The position numbers were made by a program, and so were the translations under genes. A stretch of DNA of 64,000 bases from NCBI GenBank assembly GCA_964510095.1, contig CAZEAE010000001.1, positions 232,551 through 296,550 on the forward strand, given 5' to 3'. Within the stretch, counting starts at the first letter, position 1. The number at the start of each line of letters is the position of its first letter. Source of the DNA: an uncultured Elusimicrobia bacterium (lineage in GTDB: Bacteria; Elusimicrobiota; Elusimicrobia; UBA1565; UBA9628). Below are positions 34,817-43,761 of the stretch, piece by piece. The notes under the pieces are model-generated. The model was not told the DNA's origin and ran no database searches. It saw only the letters and a program-made list of their open reading frames with translations.

Positions 34817-35841
34817 GAGCGGCCCTCGTGGACGCAGTCGACGGCGGCACGGACGTTCTCGACGGGAGTCTTGGGCAGGATGCCGTGGCCAAGATTGAAG
34901 ATGAAGCCGCGCCTGCCTCCGGCCTGGCCCAGGATGCGGCGGACGTCCTTCTTGAGCGCGGCTTTGGAGCCCAGCAGCAACACAGGGTCGAGGTTGCCCT
35001 GGATGGCTCGGCCATGGCCGATGCGCTTCCACGCGACGTCGAGATCGATGCGCCAGTCGACGCCGACCACCGAGCCGCCGGAAGCGGCGAAGTCCTCCAA
35101 GAACCCGTTGGTCCCGGTGCCGAAGTGGATGACGGGCACGCCGAGGCCCTTGACGGCGTCGAGGACGAAGCGCGAGTGAGGCTGGATGGACTTGCGATAT
35201 TGGTCGGGCGAGAGCGCGCCCACCCAGCTGTCGAAGAGCTGCAGGGCCTGGGCGCCGGCGGCCGCCTGGGCCTTCAGCGAATCGGCGGTGATCCGGCGGA
35301 CCTTGCGCATCAGGAGGTCCCAGGCCTCGGGCTGCTCGTACATGAAGGCCTTGGTCAAGACGTAGTGGTCGGAATGCCCCCCTTCGATCAGATAGCTGGC
35401 CAGCGTGAAGGGGGCTCCGGCGAAGCCGATGAGCGGGACCTTTCCGTCGAGCTCGCGGCGCGCCAGACGGACGGACTCGAAAAGGAAGCCCAGGCCCTCT
35501 TCGACGTCGAAGTCCTTGAGGCGGCGGACGTCTCCCGCGCTGCGGACGGGGTTGTCCAAGATGGGGCCCGGGGCGAAGCGCAGGTTGACGCCCATGGGGG
35601 TCACCGGCAGCAGGATGTCGGCGAAGATGATGGCGGCGTCGAGCGAGAACTCGTTGATGGGCTGCAGCGTGACCTGGCAGGCCAGCTCCGGGGTGCGAGC
35701 CAGCTGGAGGATGCTGTATTTCTCGCGCAAGGCGCGGTATTCGGACATATAGCGCCCGGCCTGGCGCATGAACCAGACGGGCGTGCGGTCGACGCTCTGG
35801 CGTCGGCAAGCTCGGAGGAAGCGGTCGTTCATAGGGGGCAT
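34813..35841 (-). CDS. hemE: Uroporphyrinogen decarboxylase
   Basis: RTPVWFMRQAGRY near the N-terminus and full-length similarity to HemE. Confidence 0.8.
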   Translation of the reverse strand: MPPMNDRFLRACRRQSVDRTPVWFMRQAGRYMSEYRALREKYSILQLARTPELACQVTLQPINEFSLDAAIIFADILLPVTPMGVNLRFAPGPILDNPVRSAGDVRRLKDFDVEEGLGFLFESVRLARRELDGKVPLIGFAGAPFTLASYLIEGGHSDHYVLTKAFMYEQPEAWDLLMRKVRRITADSLKAQAAAGAQALQLFDSWVGALSPDQYRKSIQPHSRFVLDAVKGLGVPVIHFGTGTNGFLEDFAASGGSVVGVDWRIDLDVAWKRIGHGRAIQGNLDPVLLLGSKAALKKDVRRILGQAGGRRGFIFNLGHGILPKTPVENVRAAVDCVHEGRS

Positions 35842-35870
35842 GTCCTATGATACCAAACTAGCCTCTTCCT

Positions 35871-36851
35871 TTATTGCGCGGGGCCGAAGAGGGAGCCCTG
35901 GTCCATCCGGACCCGCAGGGGGGCCAAAGCCTCGTCGAAATAGCGCTGAGCCTCCGCCAGGCGGCGAGGATCGCGCCAGAAGGCCAGCTCGGCCTCGAAG
36001 ACGCCCCGGCTCTCGGGGGCGAGGTCGGAGCGGGCCAGGAGGGCCTTGAGGCGCTCGGCCTGCGGCCCGGGTTCGGAGCGCACCGAGACGATGCCGCGGT
36101 AATGGCGGTCGATGAATTCGGTGAAGGGCCCCCAGCCGTAGAGGTAGTGGCAGGTGAAGAGCCGCCCGCCGCAGAGGGCGGGAAGCTCGCGCTCCAGCCG
36201 CGCGATATCGGCGTCCATGGTGCGACGCAAGGCCTCTTTGCGCGCCGTGTCGCCCCGAGCGGCGGCGGCCTTGGCTTCTTCCAGCTGGGCACGGAACCGG
36301 CGCATGTGCTTGGCAAGGCTCTCCGACGCGGGCGCGGCCTCGGCCAGCTGGAACTCGGCCTCCCGGGCGAAGGCCAGATACTCGTCCTCGAGCACCAGCG
36401 GCGCGCGGAAGGGCAAGGCGGTCGCCGTCATGGCATGAGAGGTCTCGTGGACCATGGTGGCCGCGGTGGTCTCGACCAAGACGCGGAACTGGTCCTCGGA
36501 GAGGTCCTCGCGGATGGATTGGTCGCCCAGGACCTTGAGGGTGCGCTCGGGCAGGAAGATGGCCTGCTGGCGGGCCCCGTAAAGAGCGTCGGCCTTGGCC
36601 CAGGTGCCCCATCCGAAGGTATGGATGAACTCGTCGTCGGTCAGGACGAGGAAGGCGAAGGCGGGACGGTCCTGATAGAAGGACCAGGCGTCGCGGGCGA
36701 CCCTGTTCGTCTGAGCCTTTTCTTCGAAAAACTGGACGTAGGCCCGGCGCAGCCGCCGCTCGAAGGGGATGGGCGCAAATCCCCGGGCCTGGCGCAGCTG
36801 GGCGGCGACTGGCCCCGGGGCCAGCAGGAACAGCGAAAGCAGCAGGTGCAC
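35871..36851 (-). CDS. Hypothetical secreted protein with a putative zinc-binding HExxH motif (VHETSHAM)
   Basis: Signal peptide; 326 aa; an HExxH motif followed by a downstream Glu/Ala-rich helix. Confidence 0.45.
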   Translation of the reverse strand: MHLLLSLFLLAPGPVAAQLRQARGFAPIPFERRLRRAYVQFFEEKAQTNRVARDAWSFYQDRPAFAFLVLTDDEFIHTFGWGTWAKADALYGARQQAIFLPERTLKVLGDQSIREDLSEDQFRVLVETTAATMVHETSHAMTATALPFRAPLVLEDEYLAFAREAEFQLAEAAPASESLAKHMRRFRAQLEEAKAAAARGDTARKEALRRTMDADIARLERELPALCGGRLFTCHYLYGWGPFTEFIDRHYRGIVSVRSEPGPQAERLKALLARSDLAPESRGVFEAELAFWRDPRRLAEAQRYFDEALAPLRVRMDQGSLFGPAQ

Positions 36852-36932
36852 GGTTCTATCTTAGCACCTGTCCCATGTGTAATACTTTTAGTTCCCGCGC
36901 GAATACTTGATGGACGCAAGGAGCGCAGGGGT

Positions 36933-37448
36933 ATGATGAGCGAGACCAGCCTGGACTTCGCGGACTTCTACGAGGAGTGGTTCGGCCGGGTCTACAACTA
37001 CGCCCGAAACCGCACGGGCTCGCCGACGCGGGCCGACGAGGTGGTCTCCGACACCTTCTCCCGGGTCTTCAAATCCTGGTCCCGCTTCGACCCGGCCAAG
37101 GCGGACCGCAGGACCTGGCTGTTCTCGATCGCCTTCCGGGCCGTGGCCGACCATTACCGCGCCGAAAAACGCCGGTTCTGGTCGCCGCTGGAGCTTCTGG
37201 AAGAACCCAAGGCGCCGGGCGGCGGGCCGGCCCAAGCGGCGGAAGCGGCGCAGGACCAGAAGGATCTGGCCGCGGCGCTGGCTCTCCTGGAGGACCAGCA
37301 GCGCGAGATCGTCTCCCTAAGATTCTACGGCGGCATGACCAACCGCGCCATCGCCGGGCTGATGGGGCTGACCGAGTCGAACGTGGCCGTGATCTTGTTC
37401 CGCTCGGTGCGGCAGATGCGCAGGAGCTTTCCCGGAGTGGAGGCATAA
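36933..37448 (+). CDS. ECF (sigma-70 family, group 4) RNA polymerase sigma factor
   Basis: An RBS (AGGAG) lies 10 nt upstream. It has a sigma region 2 (FYEEWFGRVYNYARNR...DEVVSDTF) and a region 4 HTH (REIVSLRFYGGMTNRAIAGLMGLTESNVAVILFRS). Confidence 0.75.
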   Translation: MMSETSLDFADFYEEWFGRVYNYARNRTGSPTRADEVVSDTFSRVFKSWSRFDPAKADRRTWLFSIAFRAVADHYRAEKRRFWSPLELLEEPKAPGGGPAQAAEAAQDQKDLAAALALLEDQQREIVSLRFYGGMTNRAIAGLMGLTESNVAVILFRSVRQMRRSFPGVEA

Positions 37449-37449
37449 T

Positions 37450-39513
37450 ATGGACGAAACCCAAGAAGCCGAGACTTTCAGCCGCGAGCTAGACGCGCTC
37501 CTGGACGGCAAGCCCTCCAAAGCCGAAGGCGAGGTGGCCAAGGACCTAGGTTTTGCGACTCAGCTGTTCAAGATGGATCTAAGCGGCCATAGCCGCGTCA
37601 AACGCAGCTTGAAGGCCAAGCTCCTGCCGGTGAAAGCGCCTGAAACTCCCCTGCGCCGATTCTTCGCCACATACCTAACCCGGCCGGTCATGGCCACGGC
37701 CTTCGCCGCCTTGGGCGTCCTGCTGCTGGGGCCTGAGGCCATCGAGTGGTACATGTCGCCTTTTGCCCGCCCCAGTCGCCTCGGTAGCAGCAGCGCCTAC
37801 GAAGGTAACGAGCTCCCTCAGTACCTGGGCGGCATCAACGGCCTCGCCCCCAGCGGAGTGATCGGCGGCAGCGATGTCATCACGCCGCTGGATGTACGCG
37901 ACCCTTCATCCCTGATTACAAGCAACTCCAAGGCGAAGTTGGAGCTGCGCGGCATGGGGACCTCCGGATACCGGGGCGCGGCACTTCCGGACTTTGAGGC
38001 CAAGCACGACTTGAGCAATTCCCAAGGGGCCAGCGGCCTGGCACGGATGCGCATTTCTTTAAGTCAGGACAGACAACAGACCGAATTCAGCCGTGAGGGC
38101 TACTCCCACCTCGAGGAGAACGTCTTCCTGCAGACCAAACACGACCCGCTGTCGACATTCTCCATCGACGTCGACGGCGCCTCCTACTCCAACGTCCGCC
38201 GCATGCTCGGCGAGAGCCACCTGCCGCCGAAGGACGCCGTGCGCGTCGAAGAGATGATCAACTACTTCCACTATGACTATCCCGAGGCCCAAGGCGAGCA
38301 TCCCTTCTCCATCACCACCGACCTCGCCGTCTGCCCCTGGAACAACGAGCACAAGCTGGCGCGCATCGCTATAAAGGGCAAGACCATCGCCAAAGAGGCC
38401 ATCCCCCCCAGCAACCTGGTCTTTTTGATCGACAGCTCGGGCTCGATGTCGAGCGCCGACAAGCTGCCGCTGCTCAAACAGGGCCTGAGTCTGCTCGTCG
38501 AGCAGCTGCGCAAAGAGGACCGCATCTCGATCGTGGCCTACGCCGGCTCCGCCGGCCTCGTCCTGCCCCCCACCTCCGGCGCCCATAAGGCCGAGATCCT
38601 GGCCGCCCTGGGCCGCCTGGAGGCCGGCGGCTCCACCGCCGGAGGCGCCGGCATCGACCTCGCCTACAAGGTCGCCGCCGAGAACTTCATCAAAGAGGGC
38701 AGCAACCGCGTCATCCTGGCCACCGACGGCGACTTCAACGTCGGCGTGACCAGCGACGGCGAGCTCGTCCGCATGATCGAAACCAAGCGCGGCCAAGGGG
38801 TCTTTTTGACCGTGCTCGGCTTTGGCACCGGCAACTACCAGGACGCCAAGATGGAACAGCTGGCCGACAAGGGCAACGGCAACTACGCCTACATCGACGA
38901 CATCAACGAGGCCAAGAAGGTCCTGGTCAACGAGATGGCCGGCACCCTGCTGACGCTGGCCAAGGACGTCAAGCTGCAGATCGAGTTCAACCCGGCGCAC
39001 GTGCAGGCCTACCGGCTCATCGGCTACGAGAACCGCATGCTCAAGGCCCAGGACTTCAACGACGACAAGAAAGACGCCGGCGAGCTCGGTGCCGGCCAGA
39101 CCGTGACCGCCCTCTACGAACTGATCCCCGTCGGCGCGCCGGCGGAGCTGCCGGACGTCGACGCGCTCAAGTACCAGAAGACCCGTCCCGTCGAAGAGGC
39201 TTCAGACCGCGGCGAGGTCTTGACCGTCAAGTTCCGCTACAAGAAGCCCGACGGCGACAAGAGCCGGCTGGCCGTGCGCCCGCTGGGCGACAAGGCGTTG
39301 GCCTTCAGCGAGGCGCCCGCTGACTTCCGCTTCGCCGCCGCGGTCGCCGGCTTCGGCATGCTCCTGCACGGGTCTAAGAACGCCGGCGACTTGAACTACA
39401 GCAGGGTCAGCCGCATGGCCCAGGATTCGCTCGGCCGTGACGAAGGCGGCTACCGCGGCGAGTTCGTCCGGCTCGTCGAGAAGGCCAAGCTCCTCGACGA
39501 CTTGACGAAGTGA
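37450..39513 (+). CDS. Membrane anti-sigma-like protein with a periplasmic von Willebrand factor A domain (YfbK / DUF3520-like)
   Basis: The start codon is 2 nt after the sigma-factor stop. It has a single TM helix (VMATAFAALGVLLLG). The vWA MIDAS motif is LIDSSGSMS, and the C-terminus is YfbK-like. Confidence 0.65.
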   Translation: MDETQEAETFSRELDALLDGKPSKAEGEVAKDLGFATQLFKMDLSGHSRVKRSLKAKLLPVKAPETPLRRFFATYLTRPVMATAFAALGVLLLGPEAIEWYMSPFARPSRLGSSSAYEGNELPQYLGGINGLAPSGVIGGSDVITPLDVRDPSSLITSNSKAKLELRGMGTSGYRGAALPDFEAKHDLSNSQGASGLARMRISLSQDRQQTEFSREGYSHLEENVFLQTKHDPLSTFSIDVDGASYSNVRRMLGESHLPPKDAVRVEEMINYFHYDYPEAQGEHPFSITTDLAVCPWNNEHKLARIAIKGKTIAKEAIPPSNLVFLIDSSGSMSSADKLPLLKQGLSLLVEQLRKEDRISIVAYAGSAGLVLPPTSGAHKAEILAALGRLEAGGSTAGGAGIDLAYKVAAENFIKEGSNRVILATDGDFNVGVTSDGELVRMIETKRGQGVFLTVLGFGTGNYQDAKMEQLADKGNGNYAYIDDINEAKKVLVNEMAGTLLTLAKDVKLQIEFNPAHVQAYRLIGYENRMLKAQDFNDDKKDAGELGAGQTVTALYELIPVGAPAELPDVDALKYQKTRPVEEASDRGEVLTVKFRYKKPDGDKSRLAVRPLGDKALAFSEAPADFRFAAAVAGFGMLLHGSKNAGDLNYSRVSRMAQDSLGRDEGGYRGEFVRLVEKAKLLDDLTK

Positions 39514-39539
39514 GGAGGCTCCTGCGGCCTGACCGAGCT

Positions 39540-40160
39540 CTACGAGGCCGAGCTGAGCCGGTAGACCCGCTCGACTCGCCGGGACGGGTTCTCCAGCCGG
39601 TACGCCCCGGCGCTCAATTGCCAGACCTGCGGGCGGCGCTTGCCGTTCTTCAGGGCTTCGACGGCCTGCCAGCCGGCGCGGACGCGACGCAATAGACGCA
39701 AAGCGCCGCCAGTCCGTCCCACGACGACCGCCTCGACGGCGGACCTCCAAGTCAGGACGCCTTTCGCCGCGACAGCACAGTCCTTCAGCCGTCCGCTTCC
39801 CTGCTTGAACTCCACGCGCGTAGCCCGGTAATCCCGCCGCCCGGTGTTGGTCACATAGTGCAAAGGCTCGGCCGCCACCGGATGGGCCGACGGCCGCCGC
39901 GGCTGCTTCAACTGGCGCCGCCGCTCGAAGACCACCTTGCGCCGCCCCGCCGCGTCGACCAGGCGCACCACGATCGGCGCCGGCTGGTCGGTGAACATAT
40001 AACTGTCCAACAGATGCGTATGCGGACGCTCCGCGCGGCCCGCGCCGATGAAGACGTCGACGACCTTGAGCCCTGATGATTGCCGCAGCAGGCGGTGGTT
40101 CTCCGGGAAACGGGCGACGCCGTCCAGGCCCCTGGGCCGGTGCTCGACGAAGGAGGTCAT
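39540..40160 (-). CDS. Hypothetical protein
   Basis: A 206-aa ORF packed 8 bp from the downstream gene. I recognised no domain, so it may be a GC-rich spurious frame. Confidence 0.3.
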   Translation of the reverse strand: MTSFVEHRPRGLDGVARFPENHRLLRQSSGLKVVDVFIGAGRAERPHTHLLDSYMFTDQPAPIVVRLVDAAGRRKVVFERRRQLKQPRRPSAHPVAAEPLHYVTNTGRRDYRATRVEFKQGSGRLKDCAVAAKGVLTWRSAVEAVVVGRTGGALRLLRRVRAGWQAVEALKNGKRRPQVWQLSAGAYRLENPSRRVERVYRLSSAS

Positions 40161-40168
40161 AGGCGATT

Positions 40169-41116
40169 CTAGGATAATACGCGCCGCGAGAGCGCCGCGC
40201 TGGCCACCTGCCGGTAAAGCTCCCCGCCGTAGCGCCGATGCTGCCGCCGGCAGGAGTAGGCCAGCTTGACGTCATGCTCGTCGGTGGCCTCACAGGCGCG
40301 TCGTTCGATCTCCTCCCAGCTCAAACTGTCATCCCTCTTCACGGGCCGGTTGGCGGATGCTCCTCCCACGCTGGCGTAGGCGCAAGCCAAGGCCTGCCAC
40401 AGATACCGCAGGGCCAAACCTTCGTCCCGCATGTAGGGCGCCAGCACGGCAAAGGCGTCGCAAGCCGTGATCCCATGCAGGAGCGTGAAGTCGCCAGTGG
40501 CCGCATAGGCCTCGATGAGCGCCTGCGACAGAAGGCTCAGGTCGAGGCCGCCAGCCGAAGCGACCAGCGCCGAAAATCCTGGAGCCGCCGCGGCGCGGTC
40601 CATGCGGCTGGCGATACGCCCGCCGGTCTGACGCTTGCCGTTTACGCCCGCCAAAGCCTGGGCCGGAGTCAGGGTGCCCGAGGCCTCGGGCAGAGGCCCC
40701 AGCGCTTGATAACCCAGCTCCCAATGCGCCAAGGCCTGGGCCAGCTCGGACCGGCTGCCGGACTCCACCGCGTAGGCGGTGCGCACCAGGCCGTGGAAGG
40801 CGATGCTGCAGACGCCGGGCAGCAGGCGCTCGAGCCGGCGCTCTAAGACCGCCTGCTCGCCGTCTTGCTCCAGCTCCCGCCGGATGCCGGCGGCCAGCAA
40901 AGCCTCCGCCTCCGGCAGGGGCTCCAGCTTCTTCTCATAGCGCGCGGCGAAGGCCGCGACCTGCGCGCCGGAAGCGCCCAGGCCGTCCAAGGCCGTCAAT
41001 GCCATCGGCAGGTGGTTGGAAAGATCTCCTTGATAGAAGGAGCTGTAGCGGTGGGCGTCCACGATGCGGCTCAGGGTCTCTTGTCTCATGCCCATAGGAT
41101 AGCAGGTCGATTCCAT
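40169..41116 (-). CDS. Hypothetical protein, possibly DUF4243 (questin-oxidase-like)
   Basis: A 315-aa ORF with coding composition. The family assignment is tentative and based on the N-terminal HLPMALTAL segment. Confidence 0.4.
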   Translation of the reverse strand: MESTCYPMGMRQETLSRIVDAHRYSSFYQGDLSNHLPMALTALDGLGASGAQVAAFAARYEKKLEPLPEAEALLAAGIRRELEQDGEQAVLERRLERLLPGVCSIAFHGLVRTAYAVESGSRSELAQALAHWELGYQALGPLPEASGTLTPAQALAGVNGKRQTGGRIASRMDRAAAAPGFSALVASAGGLDLSLLSQALIEAYAATGDFTLLHGITACDAFAVLAPYMRDEGLALRYLWQALACAYASVGGASANRPVKRDDSLSWEEIERRACEATDEHDVKLAYSCRRQHRRYGGELYRQVASAALSRRVLS

Positions 41117-41129
41117 TTTATCAGCAGTA

Positions 41130-41705
41130 ATGATAATATATCAGCAAATGGACGATTCCTTGCCCGGCCGCCTGGCCGCCAATCTAGGCCACTTGCGAAA
41201 AGAACGCCGGATGACCCAAGCCCGCCTGGCCGAGCATGCGGGCGTCCCCCGCTCGACGATCGCCAACCTCGAATCCGGCGCCGGCAACCCCTCCCTCAAG
41301 AACCTGGCCGCGCTCGCAGGCGCGCTGCAGGTCACCATCGAGGAACTCCTGGCCCGGCCCCGCGGCCAGTGCGAACTCATCCGCGCCAAGGACCTGCCCA
41401 GCAGCCAACGGAGTCAAGGCTCGGTGCGGGTCTTCCGCCTGCTGCCCGACTCGCTCAAAGGCCTGCAGATGGAGCGCATGGAGGTCCTGCCCGGGGCCTT
41501 CCTGCGCGGCGTACCCCACATCGGCGGCACCAAGGAATACCTCACCTGCCTGGCCGGGGCCATCCGCGTGACGACCGGCGGGCAAGACTATACGCTCGGG
41601 CCCGGCGACCTGCTGGCCTTCCCCGGCGACCAGCCGCATGCCTATCACAACCCGGGACGCGTGAAATCCGTCGCGATCAGCGTCGTGGCGCTCGTGCCGG
41701 CCTAA
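41130..41705 (+). CDS. XRE-family HTH transcriptional regulator with a C-terminal cupin domain
   Basis: HTH TQARLAEHAGVPRSTIANLESG; cupin-like segment GGTKEY..CLAGAIRVTTGGQDYTLGPGDLLAF. Confidence 0.7.
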   Translation: MIIYQQMDDSLPGRLAANLGHLRKERRMTQARLAEHAGVPRSTIANLESGAGNPSLKNLAALAGALQVTIEELLARPRGQCELIRAKDLPSSQRSQGSVRVFRLLPDSLKGLQMERMEVLPGAFLRGVPHIGGTKEYLTCLAGAIRVTTGGQDYTLGPGDLLAFPGDQPHAYHNPGRVKSVAISVVALVPA

Positions 41706-43210
41706 GCCGCCAGCAGCGTGTCGCCGGTGCGCAGGATGTCGAGCATCGCCTCCGACGTCTTGGCGCGCAGCAGCTTGCGCCGCAGGTTCTCGTTGGTGAG
41801 CAAGGACGCGATGCGCCCCAGCACCTTGAGCTGGACCACCGGCGTCGAAGCCGGAGTCAGGATCAAGAACACGAGCCGCACCGGCATGTTGTCGGGGCTG
41901 GGGAAGGGCACGGGCTTGGCGAAGCGTCCGATGGCCACCATCGGGCGCTCGAGGTTCAGGAGCCTGCCATGCGGCACCGCCGCGCCGTGGCCCACGGCGC
42001 TCGAGAACTTCATCTCGCGCTCCCAGACCGTCTTGAAGGCGTCCTCCTCGTCGAGCTCCGGGTGGGCGGCCTTGAGCTTGGCCAGGAGCTGGGTCACGGC
42101 CGAGCGCCGGTCGGGGGCCTGCAGGCCCACGGCCACGGCGCTGGCGGGCACCAGGTCCATCAAGGACCACGCCCCCGGCAGGTCGTACTCGTCGTGGACC
42201 TCGCCGATGAGCTCCTCGATGATATCTTCCAGGGTCAAGAGCCCGGTGATCTGGCCGGCCGCGTTGCGCACGACGGAGATCTGGATGCCCTTGTCGGGAA
42301 AACTCTTGAGCAGCTTCTCCAAAGGCTCGCTCTCGGAGACCTCCGTCAGGTCCCGGCGCAGGAGCTTGAGATCCGGAGAAGGTCCCGCGTCCTTGAGGAT
42401 CAGGTCCTTGATCAGGACGAAGCCGACCACCGAGTCGAGCTCGTCGGAACAGAGCGGGTAGCGCGAGAACTTCCGCGCGCGGATGGTCTCCAGGTTCTGC
42501 TCCCAGGTCTTGCTCAGCGAGAGGAAGGCCACCTTCTCCCGGGGCACCATCGCCTCGGACACCTTCGCCGAGCCGAAATCGAACAGGTTCTCGAGCAAAA
42601 GCAGCCGCTCCAGGGGGAAGGTGCCCTTCTCGTGGGTGTCGCCCAGCAGGACGCGCATCTCCTCTTCCGACACCGTCGGCTCTCCCTCGGCGGCCGTCTT
42701 GAAGCCGAAAAGGCCCAACAGGCTCGTCGAAAGCCACGACATCAGCCGGATCGGCAGGCGGAAGATCAAAGCGAAGGCGCGCAGGGGGATCGCGCCCCAG
42801 AGCGCGACCGAGTCGGGCCTCTGGATGCCGATCGAGCGCGGCACGAGCTCGCCCAGCACGATATGCACCGTGCTCAGCACGATCAAAGCCAGCGCCAGCG
42901 ACAGGCCGTGCAGGACAGCGGCGGGAAGGAAGATGGATAGGCGCTCCAGATGAGGGGCCATGAAGGCCGCCAGCGCGGGTTCGGCCATCCAGCCCAGCGC
43001 CAAGCCGATCAAGGTGATGCCGAACTGGCTGGCCGCCAGAAAATCATCCAGACGGCTCTGCATCTCCTGGACGACCAAGGCCCGCGTCGAGCCCTTGCGC
43101 GCCAGCACCTCGATGCGCGAGGTGCGGACCTTCACCAAGGCGAACTCCATCGCGACGAAGAAGGCGTTGAGCGCGATGAGGACGACCGCCACCGTCAGGA
43201 TGGAGAACAT
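41702..43210 (-). CDS. CNNM/DUF21 transmembrane domain - CBS pair - PTS EIIA type-2 (Ntr/Fru-like) fusion protein
   Basis: Four N-terminal TM helices (DUF21). CBS pair with AMVPREKVAFLS and ISVVRNAAGQITGLLTLEDIIEEL. The C-terminal segment GHGAAVPHGR...VRLVFLILTP matches the EIIA-2 phosphorylation-site context. Confidence 0.7.
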   Translation of the reverse strand: MFSILTVAVVLIALNAFFVAMEFALVKVRTSRIEVLARKGSTRALVVQEMQSRLDDFLAASQFGITLIGLALGWMAEPALAAFMAPHLERLSIFLPAAVLHGLSLALALIVLSTVHIVLGELVPRSIGIQRPDSVALWGAIPLRAFALIFRLPIRLMSWLSTSLLGLFGFKTAAEGEPTVSEEEMRVLLGDTHEKGTFPLERLLLLENLFDFGSAKVSEAMVPREKVAFLSLSKTWEQNLETIRARKFSRYPLCSDELDSVVGFVLIKDLILKDAGPSPDLKLLRRDLTEVSESEPLEKLLKSFPDKGIQISVVRNAAGQITGLLTLEDIIEELIGEVHDEYDLPGAWSLMDLVPASAVAVGLQAPDRRSAVTQLLAKLKAAHPELDEEDAFKTVWEREMKFSSAVGHGAAVPHGRLLNLERPMVAIGRFAKPVPFPSPDNMPVRLVFLILTPASTPVVQLKVLGRIASLLTNENLRRKLLRAKTSEAMLDILRTGDTLLAA

Positions 43211-43252
43211 GGGGACGATATTATATAGTATTAGAGAAGTTCAGGAGGGCCC

Positions 43253-43714
43253 TTGGCCGAAGCAAACCGCGAATTCAAGCCGCTCAAAGAGCTGGGAACT
43301 CTGCCGCTCTCCGAGACCAGCGAACTGAAATTCTACGTCGACGAATACAAAGGCTACAAATACGGGTCCATCCGGACCTTCGTCAAAGGCGAGACCTATA
43401 ACGGGCCGACCAAATCCGGCGTCACCTTGAACGCCGCCATCCTAGCCGGAGCCATCGAGGCCCTGTCAAAACTGCCCGCCGAGCCCGAGGCCCTGGAGGA
43501 CACCGAGCTGGCGCGCTTCCCCAAGAAGATGGGCGTCGAGCTGGTTTTACGCGTGACCATCCACAAAGACTCCACCGGCATCGACATCCGCGAATGGGTC
43601 CAAGAGAACGACTACAAAGGCTGGTCCAAGAAAGGCGTCCGTATCCCTTATAAAGAGCTCCCCCGCACCCTCCAGCATCTCAAAGAGATGAAAGAGCTCG
43701 TTGTAAAAAAATAG
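43253..43714 (+). CDS. PC4/YdbC-like ssDNA-binding fold protein (hypothetical)
   Basis: The motif FYVDEYKGYKYGSIRTF resembles the bacterial PC4-like family. Confidence 0.45.
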   Translation: MAEANREFKPLKELGTLPLSETSELKFYVDEYKGYKYGSIRTFVKGETYNGPTKSGVTLNAAILAGAIEALSKLPAEPEALEDTELARFPKKMGVELVLRVTIHKDSTGIDIREWVQENDYKGWSKKGVRIPYKELPRTLQHLKEMKELVVKK

Positions 43715-43761
43715 CCCCTTCCACCCTGGCGCGAAACCGGAATCCTATCTATACTAACGGC

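Noticed and set aside
33419-35809. A 796-aa ORF spanning hemY and hemE
   Set aside because: Its N-terminal two-thirds are Arg/Pro/Gly-rich and out of frame with hemE, which has clear homology in the 34813..35841 frame. Only the C-terminal 466 aa (HemY) are credible.
35874-37448. A 524-aa plus-strand ORF
   Set aside because: The first ~350 aa are antisense to the minus-strand gene 35871..36851 and are low-complexity. A good RBS and Met-Met start at 36933 define the real 171-aa ECF sigma factor.
39540-40160. Assignment of the 206-aa ORF as a 3-methyladenine DNA glycosylase (Mpg/AAG family)
   Set aside because: Only a weak resemblance (F.DQPA.P) was noticed. The family's characteristic VETEAY and GPG.L motifs are absent, so it is left as hypothetical.
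39202-42940. Large overlapping ORFs 39202..40293(-), 40865..42940(+), 41184..42737(-), 40238..40846(+)
   Set aside because: They are Arg/Gly-rich and overlap better-supported genes (the XRE-cupin regulator, the CNNM-CBS-EIIA fusion, the 40169..41116 protein) in other frames, with no domain signal.
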